Part shown: positions 35,710 to 48,499 of the stretch, in pieces | Position numbering within the stretch: the stretch's first letter is position 1 | Layout: every line of letters starts with the position of its first letter | DNA from: Felis catus | Lineage: Eukaryota | DNA length: 64,000 bases | Direction of reading: 5' to 3' | NCBI RefSeq assembly: GCF_018350175.1 | Contig: NC_058368.1 | Location: forward strand, 64,482,001-64,546,000 | Position numbers and translations under genes: made by a program | The notes under the pieces: generated by a model | What the model was told of the DNA's origin: nothing | Databases searched by the model: none | What the model saw: only the letters and a program-made list of their open reading frames with translations

Positions 35710-37785
35710 ATTTTTTGAGATACAATTGACATAAAAGATTAGTGTTAGGTGTACAACATAATGCTTTGACACATGCAAACATTGAGAAATGATGACCACA
35801 ATATCTAGCTAACATCCATCAAACAGAAATTCTTTTTCTTATGTTGAGAACTTTCAAGATCCACTCTTCTAGCAACTCCCAAATACATAACATAGCAACA
35901 CTAACTATAGTCCCCATGCTGTGCAAAACTTACTTATGACCTATTTATTTTATAACTGAAAGTTGGCATCCCTAGCCACCTTTACCCGTTTCACGCATCC
36001 CGCACTCCCTGTCTCTGGAAACTACCAATTTGCTGTCTGTATCCATAAATTAGTTTTCTTATTTTCCTTAGATTCCATATGTGAGTGAGATCATATGCTA
36101 TTTGCCTTTCTGTGTCTGATTTGTTGCACTTAGCATAAATGCCCTTAAGATCTATCAATGTTGCTGCAAATGGTGGGATTTCCTTCTTCAATTTTTTTTA
36201 ACAGCTGAATAATAATCCATTGTGCCTATGTGTGTGCTTGTATATTTATATCTTCTTTTCTCATCTATCAAAGATTATTTTGGTTGTTTCCATTGCCTTG
36301 ACTACTATAAATAATGTTGCAATGAATATGGGAGTGCATATATATATCTTCCAGTTAGTATGTTTTCTCTTCCTTTCTATAAATAGCCATAAATGGAATT
36401 GCTATTCCTATTTCTGAATTTTTTGAGGGACCTCTCTATGTTTTCTATACTTGCTGAACCAATTTGCATATCTAGCAACAGTGCATAAATAAGGATTCCC
36501 TTTGCCCCACATCAACATTTGTTATATCTTGTCTTTTTGTTAAAAACCATTCTGACAAATGTAAGGTGATATCTCATTGTGGTTGTGATTTGTGTTTCCC
36601 TGGTAATTGGTGATATTGAGCTTCTTTGTGTCTTGGCCAGTTTTATGTCTTTTGGAAAAATGTCATTTTGAATACTCTGTTTTTCAATCAGGTTGTTTTT
36701 TGGTGTTAGTTGTAGGAGTTGCTTATATATTTTGGATATTACCCCTTATTTTATATATGGTTTGCAAATATTTTCTCCCATTCTGTAGGTTGCCTTTTAA
36801 TTTTATTGATGGTTTCCTTTGTTGGTTAGAAGCTTTTTAGTTTGATGTAGTCTCACTTGTTTAATTTTGCTTTTCTTTCCTTTGCTTTTGTCAATCCAAA
36901 CTGACATTTTGTCAATTTGTCGATCCAAAAAATGATTACCAAGACTGGTGTCAGGGAGTTTGCTGCCTATGTTTTCTTCTAGGAGTTTAATGGTTTTGGT
37001 CTTACTGTTAATTTTTGCGTATAATGTAAGATAGAGGTCTAGTTTCACTATTTTACATGTGGCTGTCCAGTTTCCCCAACATTTGTTGAAGAGACTGTCC
37101 TTTCCCCATTGTAGATTCTTGGCTCCTGGATTGTGAATTTATTGACCATATATGGATGGGTTTATTTCTGGTCTTCTATTCTGTTCCATTGATCTATGTG
37201 TCTAGTTTTTCTTTTTTTGTTTTTGTTCTTTGTTTTTGTTTTTTGTTTTAAATGTTTTATTAATGTACATTATTCCTCTAACTAAAATATGGAAATGTTC
37301 TAAGAGGACTATAATTAAACACACCTCATTAAAAACATAATAGACTTATTTTGGGGGAGCAGTTTTAGGTTTATAGAAAAATTGAGCAGGAAGTACAAAG
37401 AGTTCTAATGTACCTGCTCAATGCCTTCCCCTCCCCAATTGTTTCTGTTAATATCTCATATTAGTGAAGTGCATTTCTTACAAAATGATGAGCCAATGTT
37501 GAAATACTATTATTAACTACAGTCCACGGATTATGTTATCGTTTACTCTTGTGTTGCACATTTTCACTTTTAAGACAATGAAATTCTATATGATACTGTA
37601 ATGTTGGATACTATTGTTACACATTTGTGTGTCTGTTTTAAGCCAATACCATACTGTTTTGATTTCTGTAGCTTTGTAATATAGTTTGAAATCAGGATGT
37701 ATGATAGCTACTGCTTTGTTCTTTTTTCTCAAGATTGATTTGGCTATTCAGGGTTTTATGATTTTATAGAAATCTAAAGAGTGTT
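35710..37785 (-). mobile_element. 5'-truncated L1 (L1MA9/L1_Carn-like): ORF2 3' part plus 3'UTR, interrupted at 37210-37627
   Basis: Peptide remnants MKLDLYLTLYAKINSK..IKLLEENIG and KKEIPPFAAT, collinear with 42270-43560. Confidence 0.88.
37210..37627 (-). mobile_element. Poly(A)-tailed insert carrying an L1MC-like 3' end with a 5' inversion
   Basis: T-rich tail, AATAAA on minus (37256-37261), unique spacer, L1MC-like end (37338-37563), inverted segment (37568-37627), TSD TGTGTCT(A)GTTTT. Confidence 0.7.
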
Positions 37786-39289
37786 CTGATGAACACAAAT
37801 ATGAAAGAGAAATAGAAGTACATCTAGACTACAAGAGAATAAATAAAATGCTCCTCAGGAACTTGGGACCAATGTGAATTAGAGACCTACTTGAAACTAT
37901 AAAAATAATACCTAACCCTGTAAAATGGATAAATTGAGTTTTTTGGCAAAATGGTGACCTAGTTAGTGAGATTTACCAGTACCTGAGTGAACCATGACCC
38001 TACATGGACAGCACTGTTTATTTCCAACCATTTCCCCCTTTGGCTGCATTTACTATTGAGTCCTGTAACCCACTGTTTATCCGGATTTCCCACAGTTACC
38101 CATAGCTTATCACGTTCTTATTGGATGCGAAATATCTATAAGAAAATGTGTGTCCATTAGAAGTGGGGCTGCTATAAAACAGAACTATACAAATGTGAGA
38201 GTAAAAAAGGTAAATTTGTCAATAGGCCTCCAAGAATGTCCATGGGAGACTACAGCCTGGCATGGGGAATTTATCTGTCCAAGGCAAGTGGTTTGTGAAT
38301 CTCCTTTGAATAGTTGGATCAATTGCATCATTAAATGTTTGAATTAAATAATGGACTTCCTTTGTTCTTATTTCATGCTCAATCAACTTTTTGATTATAA
38401 TTTGTGTTACCCTGTAGCTTGTTACATTGAGAAAATATGATATGTAGAAGACATAAGGACTTAACTCACTCAATTATCCTGTTCATTGTAAGTTTAAAGT
38501 ATTAGCATATTATGGTTTATTTGAGTTGCCCGTGAGTAAGCCTCTGCCAGCCCAGTGAGTACTCTCATTAGAGGATATTATCTCAGAACTAGAGAGCAGA
38601 ATTATGGCATCTTGTAAGGTATTTCAATTTCTGTTATCCAGCTTTCTTGAGACTGTTAGACACTCTGCAAAATCTTCTCACTGGGGGAAAAAATATATAT
38701 ATATTATACATATGGTCAATATATGTGTATATATTATACATACATTATATATGATATATATTTTTATTTTTTAATTTTACATATACTATTATATATATGT
38801 ATAATATATGTATATATTTTAAATGTAATACCAATGAATGTCCCAAATGATATTTTTTGAAAAATGACCAACTGACTTCATAATGCATATGGTTGAGAAA
38901 ATGTGAAGGTATAACCATGACAGCTTTTAAAAAGAAGTACAGTGACTTGGTTTTCCTTTACTACATGCCCCCAAATTTATTAACTTATAATAAAAGAGAC
39001 ACTATAATATATACATGAATCGAAAAATAAAATAGATGTATGGAATACATATTAGATTCCAAATCAGCCTCCAGAAATGTAGAGCTGTCTTTTTTAAAAA
39101 AGATTTATTCAATAAATAATGCTTTGATTATAGTCTATCCATTGGTAAATAAACACCTTCTATAAATCAAACACAGTCATACAATACACACTGACATCTG
39201 CATTTTAGATGAAGCCAAGAGCTAATATTTAACTATACATGTTTAGAACTAACAAATAGTGGAAAAATGTGATGATAATGGAGAAAGAT

Positions 39290-40000
39290 ATTCCCAAGTC
39301 AGAATCAAAACCCAGACACCATGATGCAAATATTTACATATTTGGCAAATCAAAATTAAATATTCCTCAATACTAAAATTTAACATTAAAGATACAAATG
39401 ACAATTAGAAAAGATATTTTTAACAAATATAACAGGCATAGGAACATCGCCTATATAACAATGAGAGAAAGATGTCCAATAACAAATAAAGAATAAGAAC
39501 ACAGAGATCAGAGAGAAAGAATTATAAATATTTCCAAAAAGTATATGAAAAGTGCTTGGTCTAACAGTATTTTAAGAAATATAATTAAACAATAATGGTT
39601 CTTCTAATCCATATACTTGACCATCATCAGAAAGACAGAATATCTGTTATAAATGAGGGTACAAAAAACAGATCCAATCGTAGACTGCATGAGTCAAGCT
39701 GTTTTGAGGGAAAATTTAGCTCTATTTTCAAGTTTGATGTCTGCATCCCCCTTGACTTAGGATTTTCTCTTCAGGAATCTATCCTAGAGTAATAGTCACA
39801 CATTACTACCAGGATATATGCCCAGAATATTCACTGCAGAATTCTATATCCTACTGGAAATGGAAAGGGAAAACTTAAGTGTCCATAAATAAGATTGTAA
39901 TTGAATAAATTATTATATATGTACACTCAGCCTTTAAAATGAATGACACAGAGCTATAAATACTGGTGTAGATCACTTTCCAATAGATGAGGGTCAAGGA
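39290..40000 (+). mobile_element. Very old L1ME-like ORF2 3' fragment
   Basis: A-rich degenerate L1 ORF2-end sequence. Confidence 0.55.
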
Positions 40001-42266
40001 GGAAAAAAAGAAAGACGAGATCATCCATAAATTACGCTCCTATTTATATAGAAGTAAGATGTATGTGTGTATGTAAGTGTACATTTTACAGAGCCTTTTC
40101 TAACTTAATCAATATATTTCATTTTATTTGAATATACTGCAGTAAATATTTGTTCATGTATTACTTGATTAAACACAATTTTTCTTTCATGATGTTTTTA
40201 CGGAAGGTTTTAGTATATCACTCATGCCAAACTAGGCACCAATGAATCAAAGTTATAGAGCATATTTTTTTGTTTTTTGTTTTGTTTTTTAGCATATGCT
40301 TGACACCTGCCATGTTCACATTGAGGGCTATATGACAATCTATTAATGACCCCTCAAGTGCAGCGTCTGAGAAAATGGATGATAGCTGCTATACTTAGAT
40401 TCTATGATTCAAAATCTGGAATAATTACGCAAATTACTTTAGTCCCTTATCTGCTATACAGGGGCTGTTTACTCTGCCAGGTGTGACTCAGGCCTTCGTG
40501 CCTTTTCACTCCTTGGTGATGAAATTTACTACTGGTGTGGAAACTGCTTGACGTGTTTAAATATGTTGAAACAAAGCCTTGTACAAAGACAGTGACTGAG
40601 AATAGTTGTGATGCAGAAATGCCCAGATGATAGCGAGACTTTTGTTGAAAATAACATAAAAAAATGGTTTTAATTAACTCGAGTTTACAAGTGGGTGAAA
40701 TGGTTCTCCTCAAGCATTCAACCTTGACAATAAATTTGCAACTTCTAAATTATGATTTTGGCTAATACTATTTAAATAAATCTCACAGCTGTAACTCCAT
40801 TGTAAAACAATTTTAAGAGCTTTTTTTTCTAGTTCTCATTTTATTAAAGATGTGATCAAATTCTAACAAGGAAATATAGTCCACTCTGGCCTCCTAAAAA
40901 AAATTACGTGAGTTAGGGAAACTATACTGTTTTCTATAGAATTATATATGACTAATTGATCTACAGTATAAAATATCCATTCTAGAAAGTTTAAAGATAG
41001 TCTTATATGTAAAAGTTTAAAGGTTAACTATACAGATTTATTTTAGATTATTTTTTCTGAAAAATTATGCTATGTAAATGTTGTGTAAAAACACTGTCTT
41101 TTCTCTTTCATTACTAAGGTGGACTGTGATTTATGGTAAATGGTTTGGACTTCATGTTTACTGAGTACAAACATAGATGCAACAGAACATTTGACCTTGT
41201 CCTAAGATAATTATGTTACAATGTGTTGTTTTTTTTTTTCAAAAAGCCAATTAATCTCTTAGAGTTTAATAGTGTTGGTTTTTCTAAGGTGAATGTGTTT
41301 TCATTTTGTGATTAATTAGTGTCATTACCACTTAGCTGCCCTAATTAAACATCTGCTTAAGTACCATGCTCAAAGAAATAATTTATATGTGTATAACAAC
41401 TTATATAAACCCATATGTAAGATAATTCTGTAAAGTTTTGCTGTCAAGATCGAACTTGTATATGCTCAGAAAATAGTTGTGTGTGTACACATATATATTT
41501 CTGTATATAGCTAGAACTGTTCATTTTCTACACATATCCATGAAAAGGTTATTAACCTTTAATGTATACTTCTTTTGACACCATGGTTTAAATTATAATA
41601 TTACTTTGGAGTAAGAGATATGAAGTCAAAATTCACCTTTTTTAAATCTTCAATCCTCTGTGCCTGTGGCAGTGTGCCAAAGAACATGTAAAAAACTCTT
41701 ATATTGCTAGAAATTCCTATGATAAAGAGCTTGAGAGGAAAAAGAACTTTCCATTTATTTAACAAATATTTATTATCTAACTTCTGGTCACTGTTCAGGC
41801 ATTTGGAATACATCAGAAGATACAGTTCTTTGTGTTTAGAACTTGTGTTTTTTGTGGGCTACAAGATCAATGAAAAGTGATCATAATAATTCAGCAAGTA
41901 ATACAGCAGGCAAATATCACCTATGGGGGCTTCAGGTCTGCCACCTGTGTTTAGACGGCCTGTGAGCCAAGTTGTGCATTTCTGTGTTTGTTTTTATTTT
42001 ATTTTTTTAGATGTTATTGTTTTATTTATTTTTTTATTTTTTTATATGAAATTTATTGACAAATTGGTTTCCATACAACACCCAGTGCTCATCCCAAAAG
42101 GTGCCCTCCTCAATACCCATCACCCACCCTCTCCTCCCTCCCACCCCCCATCAACCCTCAGTTTGTTCTCAGTTTTTAACAGTCTCTTATGCTTTGGCTC
42201 TCTCCCACTCTAACCTGTTTTTTTTTTTTTTTCCTTCCCCTCTCCCATGGGTTCCTGTTAAGTTTC

Positions 42267-45200
42267 TCAGGATCCACATAAGAGTGAAACCATATGGTAT
42301 CTGTCTTTCTCTGTATGGCTTATTTCACTTAGCATCACACTCTCCAGTTCCATCCACGTTGCTACAAAGGGCCATATTTCATTTTTTCTCATTGCCACGT
42401 AGTACTCCATTGTGTATATAAACCACAATTTCTTTATCCATTCATCAGTGGATGGACATTTAGGCTCTTTCCATAATTTAGCTATTGTTGAGAGTGCTGC
42501 TATGAACATTGGGGTACAAGTGGCCCTATGCATCAGTACTCCTGTATCCCTTAGATAAATTCCTAGCAGTGCTATTGCTGGGTCACAGGGTAGGTTTATT
42601 TTTAATTTTCTGAGGAACCTCCACACTGCTTTCCAGAGCGGCTGCACCAATTTGCATTCCCACCAACAGTGCAAGAGGGTTCCCGTTTCTCCACGTCCTC
42701 TCCAGGATCTATAGTCTCCTGATTTGTTCATTTTGGCCGCTCTGACTGGTGTGAGGTGATACCTGAGTGTGGTTTTGATTTGTATTTCCTTGATAAGGAG
42801 CGACGCTGAACATCTTTTCATGTGCCTGTTGGCCATCCGGATGTCTTCTTTAGACAAGTGTCTATTCATGTTTTCTGCCCATTTCTTCACTGGGTTATTT
42901 GTTTTTCGGGTGTGGAGTTTGGTGAGCTCTTTATAGATTTTGGATACTAGCCCTTTGTCCGATATGTCATTTGCGAATATCTTTTCCTATTCCGTTGGTT
43001 GCCTTTTAGTTTTGTTGGTTGTTTCCTTTGCTTTGCAGAAGCTTTTTATCTTCATAAGGTCCCAGTAATTCACTTTTGCTTTTAATTCCCTTGCCTTTGG
43101 GGATGTGTCGAGTAAGAGATTGCTACGGCTGAGGTCAGAGAGGTCTTTTCCTGCTTTCTCCTCTAAGGTTTTGATGGTTTCCTGTCTCACATTTAGGTCC
43201 TTTATCCATTTTGAGTTTATTTTTGTGACTGGTGTGAGAAAGTGGTCTAGTTTCAACCTTCTGCATGTTGCTGTCCAGTTCTCCCAGCACCATTTGTTAA
43301 AGAGGCTGTCTTTTTTCCATTGGATGTTCTTTCCTGCTTTGTCAAAGATGAGTTGGCCATACGTTTGTGGGTCTAGTTCTGGGGTTTCTATTCTATTCCA
43401 TTGGTCTATGTGTCTGTTTTTGTGCCAATACCATGCTGTCTTGATGATGACAGCTTTGTAGTAGAGGCTAAAGTCTGGGATTGTGATGCCTCCTGCTTTG
43501 GTCTTCTTCAAAATTCCTTTGGCTATTCGGGGCCTTTTGTGGTTCTATATGAATTTTAGGATTGCTTGTTCTAGTTTCGAGAAGAATGCTGGTGCAATTT
43601 TGATTGGGATTGCATTGAATGTGTAGATAGCTTTGGGTAGTATTGACATTTTGACAATATTTATTTTTCCAATCCATGAGCAGGGAATGTCTTTCAATTT
43701 CTTTAAATCTTCTTCAATTTCCTTCATAAGCTTTCTATAGTTTTCAGCATACAGATCCTTTACATCTTTGGTTAGATTTATTCCTAGGTATTTTATGCTT
43801 CTTGGTGCAATTGTGAATGGGATCAGTTTCTTTATTTGTCTTTCTGTTGCTTCATTGTTAGTGTATAAGAATGCAACTGATTTCTGTACATTGGTTTTGT
43901 ATCCTGCAACTTTGCTGAATTGCTGTATCAGTTCTAGCAGACTTTTGGTGGAGTCTATTGGATTTTCCATGTATAATATCATGTCATCTGCAAAAAGCGA
44001 AAGCTTGACTTCATCTTTGCCAATTTTGATGCCTTTGATTTCCTTTTGTTGTCTGATTGCTGATGCTAGAACTTCCAGCACTATGTTAAACAACCGCAGT
44101 GAGAGTGGGCATCCCTGTCGTGTTCCTGATCTCAGGGAAAAAGCTCTCAGTTTTTCCCCATTGAGGATGATGTTAGCTGTGGGCTTTTCATAAATGGCTT
44201 TTATGATCTTTAAGTATGTTCCTTCTATCCCGACTTTCTCAAGGGTTTTTATTAAGAAAGGGTGCTGGATTTTGTCAAAGGCCTTTTCTGCATCGATTGA
44301 CAGGATCATATGGTTCTTCTCTTTTTTTTTTGTTAATGTGATGTATCACGCTGATTGATTTGCGAATGTTGAACCAGCCCTGCATCCCAGGAATGAATCC
44401 CACTTGATCATGGTGAATAATTCTTTTTATATGCCGTTGAATTCGATTTGCTAGTATCTTATTGAGAATTTTTGCATCCATATTCATCAGGGATATTGGC
44501 CTGTAGTTCTCTTTTTTTACTGGGTCTCTGTCTGGTTTAGGAATCAAAGTAATACTGGCTTCATAGAATGAGTCTGGAAGTTTTCCTTCCCTTTCTATTT
44601 CTTGGAATAGCTTGAGAAGGATAGGTATTATCTCTGCTTTAACCGTCTGGTAGAACTCCCCTGGGAAGCCATCTGGTCCTGGACTCTTATTTGTTGGGAG
44701 ATTTTTGATAACCGATTCAATTTCTTCGCTGGTTATGGGTCTGTTCAAGCTTTCTATTTCCTCCTGATTGAATTTTGGAAGTGTGTGGGTGTTCAGGAAT
44801 TTGTCCATTTCTTCCAGGTTGTCCAATTTGTTGGCATATAATTTTTCATAGTATTCCCTGATAATTGTTTGTATCTCTGAGGGATTGGTTGTAATAATTC
44901 CATTTTCATTCATGATTTTATCTATTTGGGTCATCTCCCTTTTCTTTTTGAGAAGCCTGGCTAGAGGTTTGTCAATTTTGTTTATTTTTTCAAAAAACCA
45001 ACTCTTGGTTTCGTTGATCTGCTCTACAGTTTTTTTAGATTCTATATTGTTTATTTCTGCTCTGATCTTTATTATTTCTCTTCTTCTGCTGGGTTTAGGC
45101 TGCCTTTGCTGTTCTGCTTCTAGTTCCTTTAGGTGTGCTGTTAGATTTTGTATTTGGGATTTTTCTTGTTTCTTGAGATAGGCCTGGATTACAATGTATT

Positions 45201-46089
45201 TTCCTCTCAGGACTGCCTTCGCTGCATCCCAAAGCATTTGGATTGTTGTATTTTCATTTTCGTTTGTTTCCATATATTTTTTAATTTCTTCTCTAATTGC
45301 CTGGTTGACCCACTCATTCGTTAGTAGGGTGTTCTTTAACCTCCATGCTTTTGGAGGTTTTCCAGACTTTTTTCTGTGGTTGATTTCAAGCTTCATAGCA
45401 TTGTGGTCTGAAAGTATGCATGGTATAATTTCAATTCTTGTAAACTTATGAAGGGCTGTTTTGTGACCCAGTATATGATCTATCTTGGAGAATGTTCCAT
45501 GTGCACTCGAGAAGAAAGTATATTCTGTTGCTTTGGGATGCAGAGTTCTAAATATATCTGTCAAGTCCATCTGATTCAATGTCTCATTCAGGGCCCTTGT
45601 TTCTTTATTGACCGTGTGTCTAGATGATCTATCCATTTCTGTAAGTGGGCTGTTAAAGTCCCCTGCAATTACCACATTCTTATCAATAAGGTTGCTTTTG
45701 TTTATGAGTAATTGTTTTATATATTTGGGGGCTCCGGTATTCGGCGCATAGACATTTATAATTGTTAGCTCTTCCTGATGGATAGACCCTGTAACTATTA
45801 TATAATGTCCTTCTTCATCTCTTGTTACAGCCTTTAATTTAAAGTCTAGTTTGTCTGATATAAGTATGGCTACTCCAGCTTTCTTTTGGCTTCCAGTCGC
45901 ATGATAAATAGTTCTCCATCCCCTCACTCTCAATATAAAGGTGTCCTCAGGTCTAAAATGAGTCTCTTGTAGACAGCAAATAGATGGGTCTTGTTTTTTT
46001 ATCCATTCTGATACCCTATGTCTTTTGGTTGGCACATTTAATCCATTTACATTCAGTGTTATTATAGAAAGATATGGGTTTAGAATCAT
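42267..46089 (-). pseudogene. ORF2: L1 ORF2p (APE endonuclease, reverse transcriptase, Cys-rich C-terminus), disrupted
   Basis: Motifs [31 protein letters not shown] and LFADD are present. +1 frameshift in an A10 run (44322-44331). TAG at 43547-43545 and at 42989-42987, both where Trp is expected. Confidence 0.97.
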
Positions 46090-46139
46090 TGTGATGTCTG
46101 TATGTTTTATGCTTGTAGTGATGCCTCTGGTACTTTGTC

Positions 46140-47033
46140 TCACAGGGTCCCCCTTAGGATCTCTTGTAAGGCTGGTTTAGTGGTGACAAATTCCTTCAGT
46201 TTTTGTTTGTTTGGGAAGACCTTTATCTCTCCTTCTATTCTAAATGACAGACTTGCTGGGTAAAGGATTCTCAGCTGCATATTTTTTCTGTCTAGCACCC
46301 TGAAAATCTCGTGCCAATTCTTTCTGGCCTGCCAAGTTTCAAAAGAGAGATCAGTCACGAGTCTTATAGGTCTCCCTTTATATGTGAGGGCACGTTTACC
46401 CCTTGCTGCTTTCAGAATTTTCTCTTTATCCTTGTATTTTGCCAGTTTCACTATGATATGTCGTGCAGAAGATCAATTCAAGTTACGTCTGAAGGGAGTT
46501 CTCTGTGCCTCTTGGATTTCAATGCCTTTTTCCTTCCCCAGTTCAGGGAAGTTCTCAGCTATTATTTCTTCAAGTACACCTTCAGCACCTTTCCCTCTCT
46601 CTTCCTCCTCTGGGATACCAATGATGCGTATATTATTTCTTTTTAGTGTATCACTTAATCCTCTAATTTTCCCCTCATACTCCTGGATTTTTTTATCTCT
46701 CTTTTTCTCAGCTTCCTCTTTTTCCATAACTTTATCTTCTAGTTCACCTATTCTCTCCTCTGCCTCTTCAATCCGAGCCATGGTGGTTTCCATTTTGTTA
46801 TGCATTTCGTTTAAAGCGTTTTTCAGCTCCTCGTGACTGTTCCTTAGTCCCTTGATCTCTGTAGCAAGAGATTCTCTGCTGTCCTGTATACTGTTTTCAA
46901 GCCCAGCGATTAATTTTATGACTATTATTCTAAATTCACTTTCTGTTATATTATTTAAATCCTTTTTGATCAGCTCATTAGCTATTGTTATTTCCTGGAG
47001 ATTCTTCTGAGGGGAATTCTTCCGCTTGGTCAT
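46140..47033 (-). pseudogene. ORF1: L1 ORF1p (coiled coil, RRM, CTD) with one in-frame nonsense codon
   Basis: MTKRKNSPQKN...[14 protein letters not shown]. The two ORF-track pieces are in one frame, split by TGA at 46475-46473 (NLN*SSARHIIVKL, probably CGA>TGA). Confidence 0.95.
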
Positions 47034-47966
47034 TTTGGATAGTCCCTGGCTTGGTGAGGACCTGCAGGGCACTTCCCCTGTGCTGTGGTGTATAACTGGA
47101 GTTGGTGGGCGGGGCCACAGTCAAACCTGATGTCTGCCCCCAGCCCACCGCTGGGGCCACAATCAGACTGGTGTGTGCCTTCTCTTCCCCTCTCCTAGGG
47201 GCGGGAGTCACTGTGGGGTGGTGTGGCCCGCCTGGGCTACTTGCACTCTGCCAGGCTTGTGATGCTGGGGATCTGGCGTATTAGCTGGGGTGGGTAGGCA
47301 AGGTGCACGGGGGCAGGAGGGGCAGGCTTAGCTCGCTTCTCCTTAGGTGATCCTTTTCAGGAGGGGCCCTGTGGCAGCGGGAGGAAGTCAGATCTGCTGC
47401 CAGAGGTTTGGCTCCGCAGCAGCACAGAGTTGGGTGTTTGCGTGGAGCGAGCAAGTTCCCTGGCAGGAACTGGTTCCCTTTGGGATTTTGGCTGGGGGAT
47501 GGGCAGGGGAGATGGCGCTGGCGAGCGCCTTTGTTCCCCGCCAAACTGAGCTCTGTCGTCTGGGGGCTCAGCAGCTCTCCCTCCCTTTGTCCTCCAGCCT
47601 TCCCGCTTTCTGAGCAGAGCTGCTAACTTATGACCTCCCAGACGCTAAGTCGTGCTTGCTGTTGTCGGAACACAGTCCGCCCGGCCCCTCCGCTTTTGCA
47701 AGCCAGACTCGGGGGCTCTGCTTGGCCGGCGAGCCGCCCCTCCGCCCCGGCTCCCTCCCGCCAGTCCGTGGAGCGCGCACCTCCTCGCCGCCCTTCCTAC
47801 CCTCTTCCTTGGGCCTCTCGTCTGCGCTTGGCTCCGGTGACTCCATTCTGCTAATCCTCTGGCAGTATTCTGGGTTATTTAGGCAGGTGTAGGTGGAATC
47901 TAAGTGATCAGCAGGTCGTGCGGTGAGCCCAGCGTCCTCCTACGCCGCCATCTTGACTAGAATCTC
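47034..47966 (-). promoter_or_regulatory. L1 5'UTR internal Pol II promoter, CpG-rich, with YY1 site
   Basis: GC/CpG-rich block upstream of ORF1. AAGATGGCGG at 47954-47945 starts 13 nt from the element 5' end. Confidence 0.85.
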
Positions 47967-48499
47967 TCTGTGTTTGTTTTTAACATTTTTTTATGTTTGA
48001 AAAAACTCAGCGTTCATGACATGTGAACTTACAATTCCTGTCTACAAGTAAAGTTTTATTGGAACATATCCATGCTTATTGATTTAAGTAATTTTTATAG
48101 CTGCTATTGCACTATAAGAGTTGACTAGTTGAAAGGAGACCATATGGTCTACGAAACCTAAAATATTTACTACCTGCCCTTTTACAGAAAAAGTTTGCTG
48201 ACACTTGCATTTAAATAACTTAGTAATACTAAACTTGCCTACAAAAAGTCACAGTTAACGTATATAGATAAATACATGTCAGTGTGTAAATGAGATAAAT
48301 GTCTAGGAGAAATACATTTCAATATATAGACTTCAACTTATTAATACCTAATTTCACTAAAAGCTTTATCATTGGGGTGTTTGCTGGTAAAACAATGTAT
48401 AAGGAAAGACTGTTAAGTCGACCGAGTGTCTCCATTAGTGAATACCCTATTGTCAGATAAATGTAGAATTCGAATATGACTTACATTAAACTGACAAGT

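Larger units (their letters stand above)
41996..47966 (-). mobile_element. Full-length feline-type LINE-1 (L1_Fc-like), retrotransposition-defective
   Basis: 5'UTR, ORF1, 50-bp spacer, ORF2, G-rich 3'UTR, AATAAA (42052-42057) and A-tail are all present. TSD TCTGTGTTTGTTTTT at 41981-41995 and 47967-47981, with canonical TTTT/AA endonuclease site. Confidence 0.98.
41904..48207 (+). mobile_element. MER58(B)-like hAT-Charlie element split by the L1 (pieces 41904-41980 and 47982-48207)
   Basis: Left piece GGCAAA...CTGCCACCTGTGTTT...GGCCTGTGAGCCAAG. Right piece AAAGTTTTATTGGAACA...AAATATTTACTA...CCCTTTACAGAAAAAGTTTGCTGAC. Both resemble the recalled MER58 consensus. Confidence 0.75.

Noticed and set aside
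46090..46143. ORF2 N-terminal extension overlapping the ORF1 stop
   Set aside because: It starts at a GTG chosen by the ORF caller; the conventional ATG is at 46089.
43105..47892. Antisense ORFs within the L1, including possible ORF0 analogues in the 5'UTR
   Set aside because: Expected shadows of L1 coding bias and GC richness; nothing in the sequence supports translation.
3208..47966. Minus-strand bias of large L1s as evidence for a plus-strand host gene
   Set aside because: Too few elements (four minus, three plus) and no verified exon.
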